Below, piece by piece: positions 24,797-38,660 of a stretch of DNA of 64,000 bases. How positions within the stretch are numbered: the first letter of the stretch is position 1; the number at the start of each line of letters is the position of its first letter. Both the position numbers and the translations under genes were made by a program. The stretch is taken from positions 30,814,001 to 30,878,000 of the forward strand of contig NC_043001.1 in assembly GCF_006345805.1 (NCBI RefSeq), in the 5' to 3' direction. Source of the stretch: Octopus sinensis (taxonomy: Eukaryota). Below the pieces are notes generated by a model. That model saw only the letters and a list, made by a program, of their open reading frames with translations, was not told where the DNA came from and ran no database searches.

Positions 24797-25891
24797 TCTA
24801 TTATATAAAATCCGTTCTGTCTGTCTGTGTGTGTGTCTTCTAGGGTCTCGAGCATCCTCCATCTGATTGTGCTCAAATTTGATATGTAGATACCAACGGT
24901 ATCAGGGCGTGTATAAGTCTTGAAAAAATTACAAAAATCGATTCCATTTAAGAATGCAATCGATAAAGCCATGGGAACGTGCAAATACATCAGTTGAAAT
25001 CTGTCTTTTGCTGGTGTCTCAAATTTAGGTTAAATCAGTGTTTCTCAAAGGGGAGGCCTATGGGACGGTCGGACAAGTTGTTTTGAGAAAATTTAGTTTA
25101 AATGTTTGACAACTCAGCACCGTCCATTGAATGGAGGGGGGGGGGGCGTTTTGCTTGTCTGTTATATAAAATCCGTTCTGTCTGTCTGTGTGTATCTTCT
25201 AGGATCTCGGGCATCCTCCATCCAATTGCGCTCAAATTTGATATGTAGATACTGATGGTCTCAGGGCGTGTATAAGTCTTGAAAAAATTACAAAAATTGA
25301 TTCCAGGTGAGAATGCCATTGATAAAGCCATGGAAACGTGCATTTGTATGAGCAAGTACATCAGTCGAAATCCGTCTTTTGCTGGTGTCTCAAATTTAGG
25401 TTAAATCAGTGTTTCTCAAAGGGGAGGCCTATGGGACGGTCGGACAAGTTGTTTTGAGAAAATTTGGTTTAAATGTTTGACAACTCAGCACCATCCATTG
25501 TACGGGGGGGCTGGTTGCTTGTCTATTATATAAAATCCATTCTGTCTGTCTGTGTGTATCTTCTAGGATCTCTGTCATCCTCCATCCGATTGTGCTCAAA
25601 TTTGATATGTAGATACTGATGGTATCAGGGCGTGTATAAGTCTTGAAAAAATTACAAAAATTGATTCCAGGTGAGATTGCCATTGATAAAGCCATGGGAA
25701 CGTGCATTTGTATGAGCAAGTACATCAGTCGAAATCCATCTTTTGCCGGTGTCTCAAATTTAGGTTAAATTAGTGTTTCTCAAAGGGGAGGCCTATGGGA
25801 CAGTTGGACAAGTTCTTTTGAGAAAATTTAGTTTAAATGTTTGACAACTCAGCACCATCCATTGGACGGGGGGGGGGGGGTGTTTTGCTCG
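24797..25891 (+). mobile_element. Head-to-tail array of three ~365-bp non-autonomous Helitron-like units
   Basis: Units 24797-25157, 25158-25521 and 25522-25891. Each starts TCT(A/G)TTATATAAAA, has a subterminal CCGTCCATTGGACGG-type palindrome and ends CTTG/CTCG. The array sits between A and T with no TSD. Confidence 0.75.
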
Positions 25892-28128
25892 TATCTCAAA
25901 TATGGCTGCTACTAACTATCTTTTTCAAGCTTATGATTCTATCTGTAAGATCAAACAATCTTGGCAAATCCTGTTTTTCTTTTCTTTCTTTCTTTCTTTT
26001 TTTTTTTGAAATGGCTTTTAAATAAAGAGGAAATCTGTTTTCTCTATAGAACAGAAATATTTAGGCACTGGATAATTTAAAAGGAAGTAATCTACAGCTG
26101 ATCTAGTGAAATAATATTGCATTTGTATCCTCAAAATTTATAATAAATATGAAAATTTGTAAAATACTATGACAGAAAAATTGATGGCTAAAGAGAAAAA
26201 TTAGTATGGAAATTTTGTTTTATGATAAATTATAGCCCACTTTTTATTTCAATGGTTTAACCAAAATTGATTGAAAGAAATAGTTATGTTTTTGTTCATT
26301 TGGTACAGTTAAAAGCAAATATTTGCATGACATATTTCAATCAGTTGGACTATTTTACTCTTTTACTCATTTACTTGTTTTAGTCATTTGACTGTGGCCA
26401 TGCTGGAACACTGCCTTTAGTCGAGCAAATTGACCCCAGGACTTATTCTTTGTAAACCTAGTACTTATTCTATCGGTCTCTTTTCCCGAACCACTAAGAT
26501 TCAGAGACGTAAACACACCAGCATTGGTTGTCAAGCGATGTTGGGTGGACAAACATAGACACACAAACATATATATATAATAATAATATTAAGGAGTATA
26601 TCCAAACTTACAGGGTAGTTTGAAACACTACTTGAGTTGCCTAATAGTGGTTTTATCTCTAATTTAATTTATATATATATATTATATATATATTATATAT
26701 ATATATATACATACATACTTACGACAGGTTCTTTCAGTTTCTGTCTACCAAATCCACTCACAAGGCTTTGGTCAGCCTGAGGCTATAGTAGAAGACACTT
26801 GCCCAAGGTGCCACGCAGTGGGACTGAACCCGGAACCATGTGGTTGGTAAGCAAGCTACTTACCACACAGCCACTCCTACGCCTATTTAATTCATCATAA
26901 TTGTTTCAATGATCCTTTTTCATGCTTGCATGGGTCAAATGGAATTCAATGAAGCAAATTTTCCTTTTTTTTTATGGTTGTTTACCCTTCCTGTCACTGA
27001 CCATTGTCTGTTTCCAAGCAAAAAGCAATAATCCTTAAGTTTATCAAAAAACAAGATGCTTGGACATAGTTACCAGCACAACATGTCAACACTTGTTAGA
27101 TAGCCTGTCATCCTTTTACGGTTGACTACAAGCATATAACGCTATCTATATTTGTTTACAAGGCTGTTGCTTTGTTTACAGTCATCAAACTCATGCCAGA
27201 CGAAGAGAAAGTATGAAATCTCTTACACAAACATACAAGCACACACACACACACACTAATACATACACAAATAAGCAATACATAAACATAAATACATACA
27301 CACACACACACACATGCATAATCACCATCATCACTATCATCATTTAACTTCTATGTTCCATGCTGGCATGGATTGGACAGTTTGACATGAACCAATGTGT
27401 CCTAGGACTCTATCAAGCTCCATTGTCTGCTTTGGCATGGCTTTTTATGACCAGATCTCCTTCCGAATGCCAACCACTTTACAGTGAAGACTGGGTGCTT
27501 TTCTTCAAGCCACCCACTAACCATGGAGTAGATGATGGGGTCACTTTCATGCTAGGGGACAAGGGGAATTACCATGAGAGAGTCAGGGTAGAGCAGGTTC
27601 CTGCAAAAAGATCTGCATGGTTACTAAAGGAAATAAGTTTGGGAGAGACAAAATGAACAGTAGCTGATATAATACATAAATAGATACATTAATTAATACA
27701 TACAGATATAAATACATTAATTAATTAATACATACAGATATATACATATAGATGCAGGGGTGGCTGTGTGGTATGTAGCTTGCTTACTGACCACATGGTC
27801 CCAGGTTCAGTCTCACTGTGTGGCACCTTAGGCAAGTGTCTTATACTATAGACTTGGGCCGACCAAAGCCTTGTGAGTGGATTTGGTTGATGGAAACTGA
27901 AAGAAGCCTGTAATATATATATATATATTTTTTTTTTTTCTATTTCTTTTTTATTCATTTCAGTCATTTGACTTCAGCCATTTGACTACCTTTAGTTGAG
28001 AAAATCGATCCCAGGACTTTTTCTTTGTAAGCCTAGTACTTATTCTATCGGTCTCTTTTTGCTGAACCGCTACATTACGGTGATGTAAATACACCAGCAT
28101 CAGTTGTCAAGTGATGTTGGAGAGACAA

Positions 28129-28183
<55 letters not shown>

Positions 28184-28348
28184 CACACACACACATAACG
28201 GGCTTCTTTCAGTTTCCGTCTACCAAATCCACTCACAAAGCTTTGGTCGACCCGAGGCTATAGTAGAAGATATTTGCCCAAGGTGCCAATGCAGTGGGAC
28301 TGAACCCAGAATGATGTGGTTGGTAAGCAAGCTTCTTACCACAGAGCC

Positions 28349-28380
<32 letters not shown>

Positions 28381-28797
28381 TATATGTATGTATATGTTTG
28401 GGTGTCTGTGTTTGTCACCCCCCCCCACCATCGCTTGACAACCAATGTTGATGTATTTACATTCCGTAAGCAGTCTGAAAGCATAAGTACTAGGCTTACA
28501 AAGAATAAGTCCTTGAGGTCGATTTGTTCAACTAAAGGCATGGCCACAGTCAAATGACTGAAACAAATAAAAGAATATGTACTTACAATAGTTGTCTTCA
28601 GTTTTTGTCTACCAACTTCACTCATGAAGTATTGCATCTATAATACAGAACATTAGCCACCAGTGTTCATGTTGTGGGATTGGATCCTAAAGACATGATT
28701 CTAAAGCAAACTTCTTAAACCACATAGACATGTTTGTACTTAAAGCTTTGCCAAATTGTTAAATTCTTACCATTGTTTCATGTGGTTCAATCTGACA

Positions 28798-28940
28798 ATA
28801 TATTCTTCACTTCAACAGTGATTGAAAGCAAAACATAAAATGTTTCTTTTCTGTGTAAGGAAAATGGTGCAGAATCTATCTTGCTGCAGCTAAATGATTT
28901 TATTCTGACTCACAAAATCACTGTTGAAGGGAAGAATATT
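28798..28940. repeat. Small MITE-like inverted repeat
   Basis: TATTCTTCACTTCAACAGTGATT (28801-28823) pairs with AATCACTGTTGAAGGGAAGAATA (28916-28938), one mismatch. Confidence 0.6.
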
Positions 28941-30643
28941 TTTATTTGACCATATCTACAAAGCATATAAAGTTAAATTGTTTTGTTCCAATATGTTCTA
29001 GAAAAAGAAAATTTTGCTTCTAACTACAAAATATTTCTAAAATGCTGTGTACAGGAGATAAGCATTCAGAAAATACAAACCAAAACTTCTGTTATCAAGT
29101 GTAAGTAAACATGTACTTCAATAAAAACAAAAAACAAAACAAGAAAAAAATCAAGTGTACTGATAAAAGTTTACTTATTTGCTATGGAAAGGACAGAGAA
29201 ATTTCTAGAGATTATTTGAGCATTAATGAATTTAAGTTCAGCTATTTTTGAGAAGTAGAGTAATGCCTTTGAGCTATTTCTTTTCTCTTTATCTGAATGA
29301 AAATGTGATTCAACCAAATGATGAAATAATTTCCATAAAGACTTTCTGCCTACCATTTATTCATCCCATTTTACTGGTTTCTGTTCTTGTTAAATAGCCA
29401 TAGATCTGCCGATATTAAGAAGTCATAATGAAATTCATTCCAGTATGACCATCCTGTTTTTTTTTTTATATATGTAGGATAATTATCCTACACGTCATCC
29501 TATTTTATAAGACCACAAGGATGTGATTAAGGGAAAACCAACTGCTCTTTCAAATAGGTTGAATTACTATGTTGAGGCTTGTTCGCCCATTGGTTTGTCT
29601 TTTTCTGCTTTTTAACCATTAGGCTGTCGTTATACTGGGGTACCATCCTGAAATGAATGAAATAACATTATCTTGTTTAGCTTTTCAAAATTACTGATAA
29701 TGAAGAAGGAAAATATGAGAACAGCACATCATCATTTTAAGGTCTATTTTTACCCATGCTTGAACAAAGTTTATTGAGGCACATTTTCTACAACTGGATG
29801 CCCTTCCTGTTGCCAACCCTCACTTGTTTCCGAGCATGATGATATTTGCCCATAGCCTGACATGTTTTTGTAAATTATTGGAAATGAATGACACTTATTT
29901 ACAGCAATCACACAATGCCAAAATAAGGAGATATAAAAACACACACACACACACACACACATGATAGGCCTCTTTCAGTTTCTATCTACCAAATCCACTC
30001 ACAAGGCTTTAGTTGGCCTAGGGACGTTATAGAAAACACTTGCCCAAGGTTCCACACAGTGGGGCTGAACCTGAAACCATGTGGTTGGGAAGCAAACTTC
30101 TCAACTACACGGTCATACTTGTGTCCATGCATATTTACATATGATTCAAAATTGTACAAAAATAAAACGAAAGACAGAGGCAGGTAAGAGAAGAACAAAC
30201 ATGGTGTATTAGTTTGGTGCTCAGGAAAAATGGAAGGTGTAGGAGTGGCTGTGTGGTAAGTATCTTGCTTACTAACCACCTGTTTCCGGGTTCAGTCCCA
30301 CTGCATGGCACCTTGGGCAAGTGTCTTCTATAGCCTCGGGCCGACCAAAGCTTTGTGAGTGGATTTGGTTGACAGAAACTGAAGGAAGCCCATCGTATAT
30401 ATGTGTGTATATATATGTATGTATGTGTGTGCATATGTTTGTGTGTCTGTGTTTGTCCCCCCACCATTGCTTGACAACTGATGCTGGTGTTTATGTCCCC
30501 ATAACTTAGTGGTTCAGCAAAAGAGACCGATAGAATAAGTACTAGGCTTACAAAGAATAAGTTCCGGGGTCAATTTGCTCAACTAAAGGCGGTGCTCCAG
30601 CATGGCCACAGTCAAATGACTGAAACAAGTAAAAGAGTGAGAT

Positions 30644-30679
30644 CTTTGACGTTTCGAGCTTACACTTTTCTACAGAAAG
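30644..30679 (-). ncRNA. Minimal hammerhead-like motif with variant core (CUGUAGA)
   Basis: CUUU-CUGUAGA-AAAGUGUAAGCUC-GAAA-CG-UC-AAAG. Related copies at 33164-33199 (+) and 48189-48224 (-). Confidence 0.5.
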
Positions 30680-33094
30680 GAATATGTGCATACACATATA
30701 TTTATATACATATGTATTTGTGTGTGTGTGTTCATATCTTGTCATTGTATGCAAATTCTAAGTGACTGTCATGTGATGTTGACAACCAGACATGAACACA
30801 CGCACTCTCACATATAAGCAGCAGTGTCCATTTGTAATCTTCTGTAAAACCATGTCTGGCCATTGTGTTGTTTATGTTTGAAGGACTAGTAGTGGAAAGA
30901 TTGCTTTACTTGGAAATGTGTAAGGGTTGGTTAGAGGTTGAGATTTTGGTTGTAGAAAAATCGGCTTCAAAAATATCATCTAATCCATACAAGCTTTATA
31001 CTTGAATAATATAAAAGCCAGCAATAAATAATACAGGCTTCAAATTTTGGCACAAAGCCAGCAATTTTGGGGAGGGGGTAAGTCAATTACCTCAACCCCA
31101 GTACTCAACTGATATTTATTTTATCGACTCCAAAAGGATGAAGGGCAAAGTTGAACTCAGCAGAATTTGAACACAGCTTGTAGACAGATGAAATGCCACT
31201 AAGCATTTTGTCCAGTGTGGTGACAATTCTTCCAGCTTGTCACCTTTGTTTGGTAAATAATATTATGAGGAGGAGAGGTGGGAAATTTTGTACATGATTT
31301 GTTCTGTTCAATGTTGAGGAGTTCTGAAAATGCTGAACAAAAAAATATCAATAAAATAACTGTAAAATGATTCGTACAAACAAAAGTATAAAGATAAGTA
31401 TGATTGTTGGTTCCGCTACAACAGAGCAACTTGGAATGAAAGTAGAAGATAATTAAGCATGTCCTTCTTGTTGTGCCTGACTGAACAGGCCTATAATGAA
31501 AGGCTTCTAGCCATGTTTATCTTATTTTGTTTGTATGCATTATGTATCTCATTGACAGAGCGGCTAACCGGCTTCCGTGCCAGTGGCACTTAAAAGGCAC
31601 CATTCAAGCGTGATCATTACCAGCGTCGCCTTACTGGCACTCAAGCCCTGTGCTAGTAAGGTATTAAGAGCACCATCCGAGCGTGATCGTTGCCAGAGCG
31701 GCTATCTGGCCTCCGTGCTGGTGGCATGTAAAAGACACCATTTGAGTGTGATCGTTACCAGCATCACCTTACTGGCACTTGTGCCGGTGGCATGTGTAAA
31801 AGATTCAAGCGAGGTCGTTGCCAGTGCCGCCTGACTGTCCCCATGCTGGTGGCACATAAAAGTACCCACTACACTCTTGGAGTGGTTGGCGTTAGGAAGG
31901 GCATCCAGCTGTAGAAGCTTTGCCAGATCAAGATTGAAGCCTGGTGCAGCCATCTGGTTCGCCAGCCCTCAGTCAATCGTCCAACCCATGCTAGCATGGA
32001 AAGTGGACGTTAAACAATGATGATGACTACATTATCCAATGTGTCTTCTCTTTTCTTAAAACAGTGGAATGTAATTTGAGGGAGTGTTGACTGTTGTTAC
32101 TTGCTTGTGACTCATGTTTAGGTTCTAGTATAGACATGCAATTAAGCAATATTAAGATTTTTTAAATACGGTTAGTGAAAGAACCTTCATAACATTGGTA
32201 TGTTAAGAAAATCTGAGTTGACTATGGGAATATGAATTTCTTTAAGAAAGCCTTAGTTCAAATCTTGGCATGTAAAGAACAAATAGAATAAAATCTATTG
32301 TTACAACATTTTAAAGCATTTTGTTTTGTTTGCGTAATAAAATTAAACATGTCAGCTCATGTTTAAAAGTATCCAGATTTGTTCTTCTATTATTCATATC
32401 TCCCATCTCCCCTATTATTTAACCCAGAAAATCAAATTTACAATGCACAGAGTGATTCATGGAATTAATGTCAAGTTAGGGTTTTTCTTTTTTTTTTTTT
32501 TTTCAATTCCCCTGTCTCCAAAATGGGTGCGACGAGAGTTCTTGGAACCAATCCCAACTCTCAATTTGCCAAGCAGATGAAATGTATATCTCATCTGTTG
32601 AAACTGATATCAATTTATTGTAGGCTTTGCTCTAGAAAGAGAACAAGATTGTTAAAAGAAAACAAAAATGCTTAATTAAAAAAAAAAAAAAAATTATTGC
32701 TTGCAGTGGGTAACTGCTCTGGTAATTTTTTGTTTATTGCAAATTAGCTGCTAAGATGGCTTGCAAACTATAGCTGAGATGGCTTACAAACGATAGTTGT
32801 GAGTAGGAACTTGATAACTTTATTTGTCTATGTTTTATGCTTGGTGTTTAAAGTGGGCAACATTTACCCTAAAATTGAACTACACTAAACAAATAAATCA
32901 CTTAATTTTTTAATATATTTTGATGGTTCTTGATTTCTTTTCCTATTAAAGTGTTAAAAAAGCTAGAAGCCTTTGATCATAGGTCTGTTCAGTCAGGCAC
33001 AACAAAGAGGGTATGCTTAATTATCTTCTACATTCCTAGTTGCTATGTTGTAGCAGAACCAACAATCTCTCACCCCCTTTGTATGTATGTGTGT

Positions 33095-33290
33095 GCATAG
33101 ATCGTTAGCCACTACACACAGTTTTTTCTCTCCTTGTTTCTCTTCTTGTTTTTTTCTGTGTCCCTTTCTGTAGAAGAGCATAGACTCAAAACGTAAAAGA
33201 CTTTTTCTATTCCTGAGCGTTATACAAATACATCTGTTTGTTTTGTACACCACCTGTCTTCGTCTTTTGTTTTTTCGTAAACTCTCCCTA
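33095..33290 (+). mobile_element. Short dispersed element resembling a Penelope-like terminal repeat
   Basis: Homologous inverted copy at about 48095-48290; both carry the minimal hammerhead-like motif. Confidence 0.6.
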
Positions 33291-35454
33291 TATATATATA
33301 TATATATATATGCAGGTATATACATATGTAATTGCATTGTCACTCTCTCTTACGTCATGTAACCTATGTAATGAGCCTCTCCTACAATCACCCTTCTTTA
33401 TTGCTATCACTCTTTCACATTAATCCTTCTTTTGTCTCACATTGTTAACATCTGCCTCTCTCTATCACAGCCATTATTCCCTCTTCTATTATTTGACCTC
33501 CTTTTTATCGTTCTCTTTTCCCCATCATACTACTGATACTGTTTCTCTTCAACCTCCTTACCAAGAACCTTCGTATAGCTGTAGATCACCCACTAATTCT
33601 CTCTCTCTCTCTCTCTCTTTCATTACTCTATCATTTTTTCCCTTTGTTTCTTTTGCTTTCATGGCTCTCCTATTACTTTTTCAATCATATTTCTTATTTT
33701 ATTTCCCTACCAATAACCATCATGTAACTGTTTATCTCTCTCTCTCTCATTTATAGTTTTCTTTTCTCCCAATCTTTCACTCCTACTTTTCTGCTTCTTT
33801 CCAGTTACTTTTTCATATGTTACCTTTTCACTCTAGCTTTCTTGCTATCCATCTGTGTAGGAAAGAAAGAAATGAAATGAATATAGACAATTCAGGGAAG
33901 AAACAAGTCCCTTGTTAAGACAATAAGGGCACAAAAGAATGGAGACAATGTAGGGTTTTTTTTAGTTTTGCCAGGGACAAAAGCAACACCTCTAGTGCTG
34001 GAGCTTTGATAAGATGTACCTATTACAGATTGTTAAACGGTTGGCAATAAGAAGGATTTTCAGAGAACTGAAGTGCCTTGATTTATATCATAATATCTAT
34101 TCCTTTCTGCACCTCATTATTCTTAGTTCCAAACCTAAGGGTTCCACCTTTCATGCACTCATCATCATCATCATCACTACCAAACATGATATAAGATAAA
34201 TAACAGGTAATGACTTTAGAATGGAGATATTTTAGATTACTATAGTTAGTGTTTCAAATCAAACTTTAAGCAGACATTTCATGAAATAAAATCCCTTTAA
34301 GATTTTTGTTTGTCTCTTATCTGAGACTACTGACAACTATATCTGAGCCTGTCCCTTGAATTTATAGGATACAACACTTTGTTAAGTAATCTTTATTTGT
34401 ATCAGTTAATGTATTTACTTTTATATGGCATTACATTAGATTGGGGTAAACCTCATAAGAAATACACACCAAATTTGAAAAAAAATCAATCTTAGGCTTG
34501 CTCATCATTATTTTGAATGTCTTTAGATTCTTTCATCTGTTTGATATATATAATTGTGGATAATAAGGAACAGAAGTTGTGGTTGTTACTGTTTATATAA
34601 AAACAGCTGAATACTAAATTGAAAGATCATTGAATACCTTTTAGTCAAGTACCATATTTATTTGTTTTTATAAGATAAGATTTATAATGACTTTAAAGCT
34701 TTGGCTTGCTTGCTGTCATCAGACTGTTTTGTTTGTTTTTCAAGTCTTATGTAGAGTGTTTTTGACAGGGTGTTCTTTTTGGTGGGTGGAACAATGTAGA
34801 TGAAAATTGGGTATGGTGTAAGTTAGTTTGTTGGCAGAAAATAAGGTAGTGAGCTAGTAGAAATGTTAGCACGCCGGGCGAAATGCTTAGCGGTATTTCG
34901 TCTGCGGCTACGTTCTGAGTTCAAATTCCGCCAAGGTCAACTTTGCCTTTCATCCTTTTGGGGGTCGATTAAATAAGTAGCAGTTATGCACTGGGGTCGA
35001 TATAATTGACTTAATCCGTTTGTCTGTCCTTGTTTGTCCTCTCTGTGTGTAGCCCCTTGTAGGCAGTAAAGAAATAAGAAAACAGTAGCTGAGTGGGAAA
35101 GGAGATAAAGAAAGATAGGAGGAAACTATGTTTGTAGGGTTGCATGGAGGGGGAGGTGTGGTGGAAACAGTTTTTCTGGTTTGATAATGGAAGGTTGTTG
35201 TTACTGCTATTGTGGTTGTTGTATGCAGTTTGATGACAGCTAGTGAAGCTTTAAAGTCACTATGATACTTTCTTTTGTAAAAATTGATAAATATTACCAT
35301 AATTACTGATCCGATGCAAGTTTTTTCTATTCATCATATTACAACTAAAATATATCTTGCTAAATATCATGTATGGTGGTATTGACTGCATGTGAAATAT
35401 TCAATTGGATACCTTTTACCTAACTAAATATTTCAATTTTTATTTGTTTTCAAG

Positions 35455-35652
35455 AGTTTGAAATCAATAGACTTGGACAGCATGGAACCTCTTAACCACA
35501 AGCGTCTGAATGAAAACCATTATTTACACATCTTTGAGAAGTATGGTTTGAAAATTATGGCTGAACCAAATGACCTCTTTGAACCCTATCGTTTAGTTGT
35601 GGATGGTTTTGTTGGAGACGAGCAGTGTCAAGAAATGATAAACCTGGTAACT
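35455..35652 (+). CDS. P3H: Prolyl 3-hydroxylase-like gene, exon starting dioxygenase-like domain 1
   Basis: Pyrimidine tract + ttcaag acceptor, ACT|gtaagt donor, phase 0-0. Translates SLKSID...FEKYGLKIMAEPNDLFEPYRLVVDGFVGDEQCQEMINLVT, resembling P3H1 YEGISLTMNSKLLNGSQRVVMDGVISDHECQELQRLTN. The exact acceptor (35455 vs 35457) is uncertain. Confidence 0.85.
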
Positions 35653-35874
35653 GTAAGTATTTTAGTTGAACATTTTTTACCTTAACCCTTTTGTTATCAT
35701 ATTTCTGTTGAGATGTTTTCTGTGTTTCTTTCAATTAATTTTAAATACAACAAAGAATTTAGTAAAATAACTTAGTTATCATTAAGCTAGTGTTAGGAAC
35801 ATAAATTGTGACTAAGGTTTGGTGGAAGATTTTAATTCAAAACTTATGCAAATGAGACATTTGTACTACAGAGC

Positions 35875-36015
35875 CATCACAAAATTATCACAAAAAACTG
35901 CTACTCAGTGTTTCATGTTCCAGTTTGTCGGAGAGGTGTGAATAAGAATCACAACTGTCTAACGAACAGGAAGGTGAAACTCTAAGTAGCAGTTTTTTGT
36001 GATGTTTTTGTGATG
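35875..36015. repeat. Fold-back element with two decayed hammerhead motifs
   Basis: TCACAAAAAACTGCTACTCAGTGTTTCA pairs with TGAAACTCTAAGTAGCAGTTTTTTGTGA. + arm reads AACUGU-CUAACGA...GAAA-CUCUAAG-UA-GCAGUU. Confidence 0.65.
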
Positions 36016-36406
36016 TTTTTGCAGTTTTAATGATAAAGTGTGTGTGTGTGTGTATATATATGTATATATATATATATATATACAGGGCGGCGAGCTGGCA
36101 GAAACGTTAGCACGCCGGGCGAAATACGTAGCCGTATTTTCGTCTGTCGTTACATTCTGAGTTCAAATTCCGCCGAGGTCGACTTTGCCTTTCATCCTTT
36201 CGGGGTCGATAAATTAAGTACCAGTTTCGCACTGGGGTCGATGTAATCGACTTAATCCCTTTGTCTGTCTTTGTTTGTCCTCTCTATGTTTAGCCCCTTG
36301 TGGGTAGTAAAGAAATATATATATATATATATACACTGTTGTGTCTGGAGAGTCACTTACTTTTAGTGCCTTATAATTCAACACACGCACCAGTAAAATT
36401 TATAAA

Positions 36407-37720
36407 TCATCATCATCATCATCATCGTTTAATGTCCTTTTTCCATGCTAGCATGGGTTGGACGGTTCGACTGGGTCTGGGAAGCCAGGAGGCTGCACCA
36501 GGCTCCAGTCTGATCTGACAGTGTTTGTACAGCTAGATGCCCTTCCTAACGCCAACCACTCCGTGAGTGTAGTGGTGCTAGGGGAGGCTGGCAACAGCCA
36601 TGATTGGTTGGTGCTTTTTATGTGCCACCAGCACAGGTATCCAACTATAATTTCCATTTGATTTTTATTTGATGTTGATGTACTTGACTCAATAGGTCTC
36701 CTCAAGCACAGCAGGTCGCCCTACGATCCAAGGTAAGCACAGCAGGCCGTTCTGCGATCCAAGGTACTTTGGATGGGCTGGGGCTGCTGTGTGAAGCTGG
36801 TGCAGGAAACAGCCATGAACTCACGTTATTTGTTGGGTCTTCGTAGTCACAGCATATCTCCAGAGATCTCGGTCTTTTGTCATTGCCTCTGTGAGGCCCA
36901 ACATTCGAAGGTCATGCTTGACCACCTCATCCCATGTCTTCCTAGGTCTACCTCTACCCCGGATTCCTTCAACTGTTTGGGAGTGGCACTTCTTCACACA
37001 TCTCTCTTTATCCATCCGTTGTACATGACCATACCAGCACAAACATCTCTCTTGCATGCCACATCCGATGCTTCTTATGTCCAGCATTTCTCTCAGGGCA
37101 CTTACACTCTGTTGTGTGTGCACACTGACATTACACATCCTGTGGGTCATACTAGCTTCATTTCTTTCAAGCCTATGCGTGTCCTCCGCATTCACAGCCC
37201 ATGTTTCACTACCGTGAAGCACGGCAGTTTGCACACATGCGTCTTACAATCTACCTTTCACTCTGAGTGAGAGACCCTTTGTCATCAGTAGGGGTAGAAG
37301 CTTTTTAAACTTTATCCAGGCTATTCGTATTCTAGTGGTGACACCCTCTGAGCACCCACCTCCACTACTAACTTGGTCACCTAGGTAGTGGAAACTATCA
37401 ACTACTTCTAGTTTCGCCCCCTGGAGTGTGATGGAATCTGTTTTCTGAGTATCTGTAGTGTCTATTGCCTCTGTGCATCTGCAGCACACAAAAGCTATCT
37501 TCTCGGTTAATTTTCCTTTGATGTTGCTGCACCTCTTATGCGTCCATAGCTTACACTGGGTACATATTATCGAGTTTCTACCTACACCTTTTCTACAGAT
37601 CAAGCAGGGCTACCTACCTGAGGGTGTGTGTGATACGTTCACCATCCTACTTACTATAACTTTGGTCTTTGCTACATTGACTCTAAGGCCTTTTGATTCT
37701 AAACCTAGCTTCCACACACC
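36407..37720 (-). mobile_element. 5'-truncated RTE-clade LINE with 3' UTR and (GAT)n tail
   Basis: GLRVNVAKTKV, PHD-like ICRKGVGRNSIICTQCKLWTHKRC, FHYLGD, LHGSETWA, RGRGRPRKTW and DRDLWR, followed by the dispersed tail sequence. Confidence 0.92.
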
Positions 37721-38166
37721 TATTGGATTGACTAATATATATATATATCTATATATATATATATATATTGGAAGGTTTGGAGATGATGTACAGGTATTAT
37801 ATATTAGAAGAAATGAGGTAATCAGAAGATCGGATGGTTTATATTTACAGAGATTTATTTATATATTACATTTTTTATATATATATCATATCACTTAGAT
37901 CATTAGCGCTTTCTCCCATTCTAGTGGGGTTTTCAAATCAAACTGAGTTCCTTTGTGGGGAATTTTAATCATTTTATAGAATTTCGTAGTGGTGGGGAGG
38001 AATATAAGACAGTACAAGAGGATGAGATGGATGAGGAGAAAGTGAGAGAGAGAGAACATGTGTGTATGTGTGTGTGTGTGTGTGTGTATTTATATATATA
38101 TAAATTTAGAGAGAAAGAGAAAGCTAGATGCATGTTCTATATTTTTTATTTTTGTTATATTTTCAG

Positions 38167-38220
38167 CTTCAGAAAACTGTTGATGGTATGAAAACACTCA
38201 CTGTGCCAGAAACTGTTGAA
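38167..38220 (+). CDS. P3H: P3H-like exon (54 nt, LQKTVDGMKTLTVPETVE)
   Basis: tttcag acceptor, GAA|gtaagt donor, phase 0-0, in frame with neighbours. Positional equivalent of the GDGY...GLTV exon but shortened. Confidence 0.75.
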
Positions 38221-38628
38221 GTAAGTTGCATTATTAATTAATTTAACCATTTCAGCAACACATTTGTCTGAAACTTCCATACTTCCTGGAATATGCATAA
38301 TTAGACAGAGCTGGTTTTTGTATTTCTCTAATTCATTCTCACATTTGTTTCACTTATCTTAATATTAGTTTGTTTGATTTAAGGCGGTAAAAATGCTAAA
38401 GTGCTAGACTAAATGACCAGCAATGTTTAATTTCATCCCGAAGTGTTCCAAGTTCAAATTCTGGACTCAGTTTTGTCTTCTCATGACATTAAATAAAATT
38501 GCATATATATATATATATATATCATCATCATCATTGTTTAATGTCCACTTTCCATGCTAGCATGGGTTGGTCCAACCCATATATGTGTGTGTGTGTGTGT
38601 GAATACATATAAAAATAAACAAACACAC

Positions 38629-38660
<32 letters not shown>

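Noticed and set aside
31555-32025. Repeat-spacer-like GGTGGCA...AAAAGCACC units resembling a CRISPR array
   Set aside because: Intervening sequences are related to each other, the units belong to a LINE 3' UTR, the context is eukaryotic and there are no cas genes.
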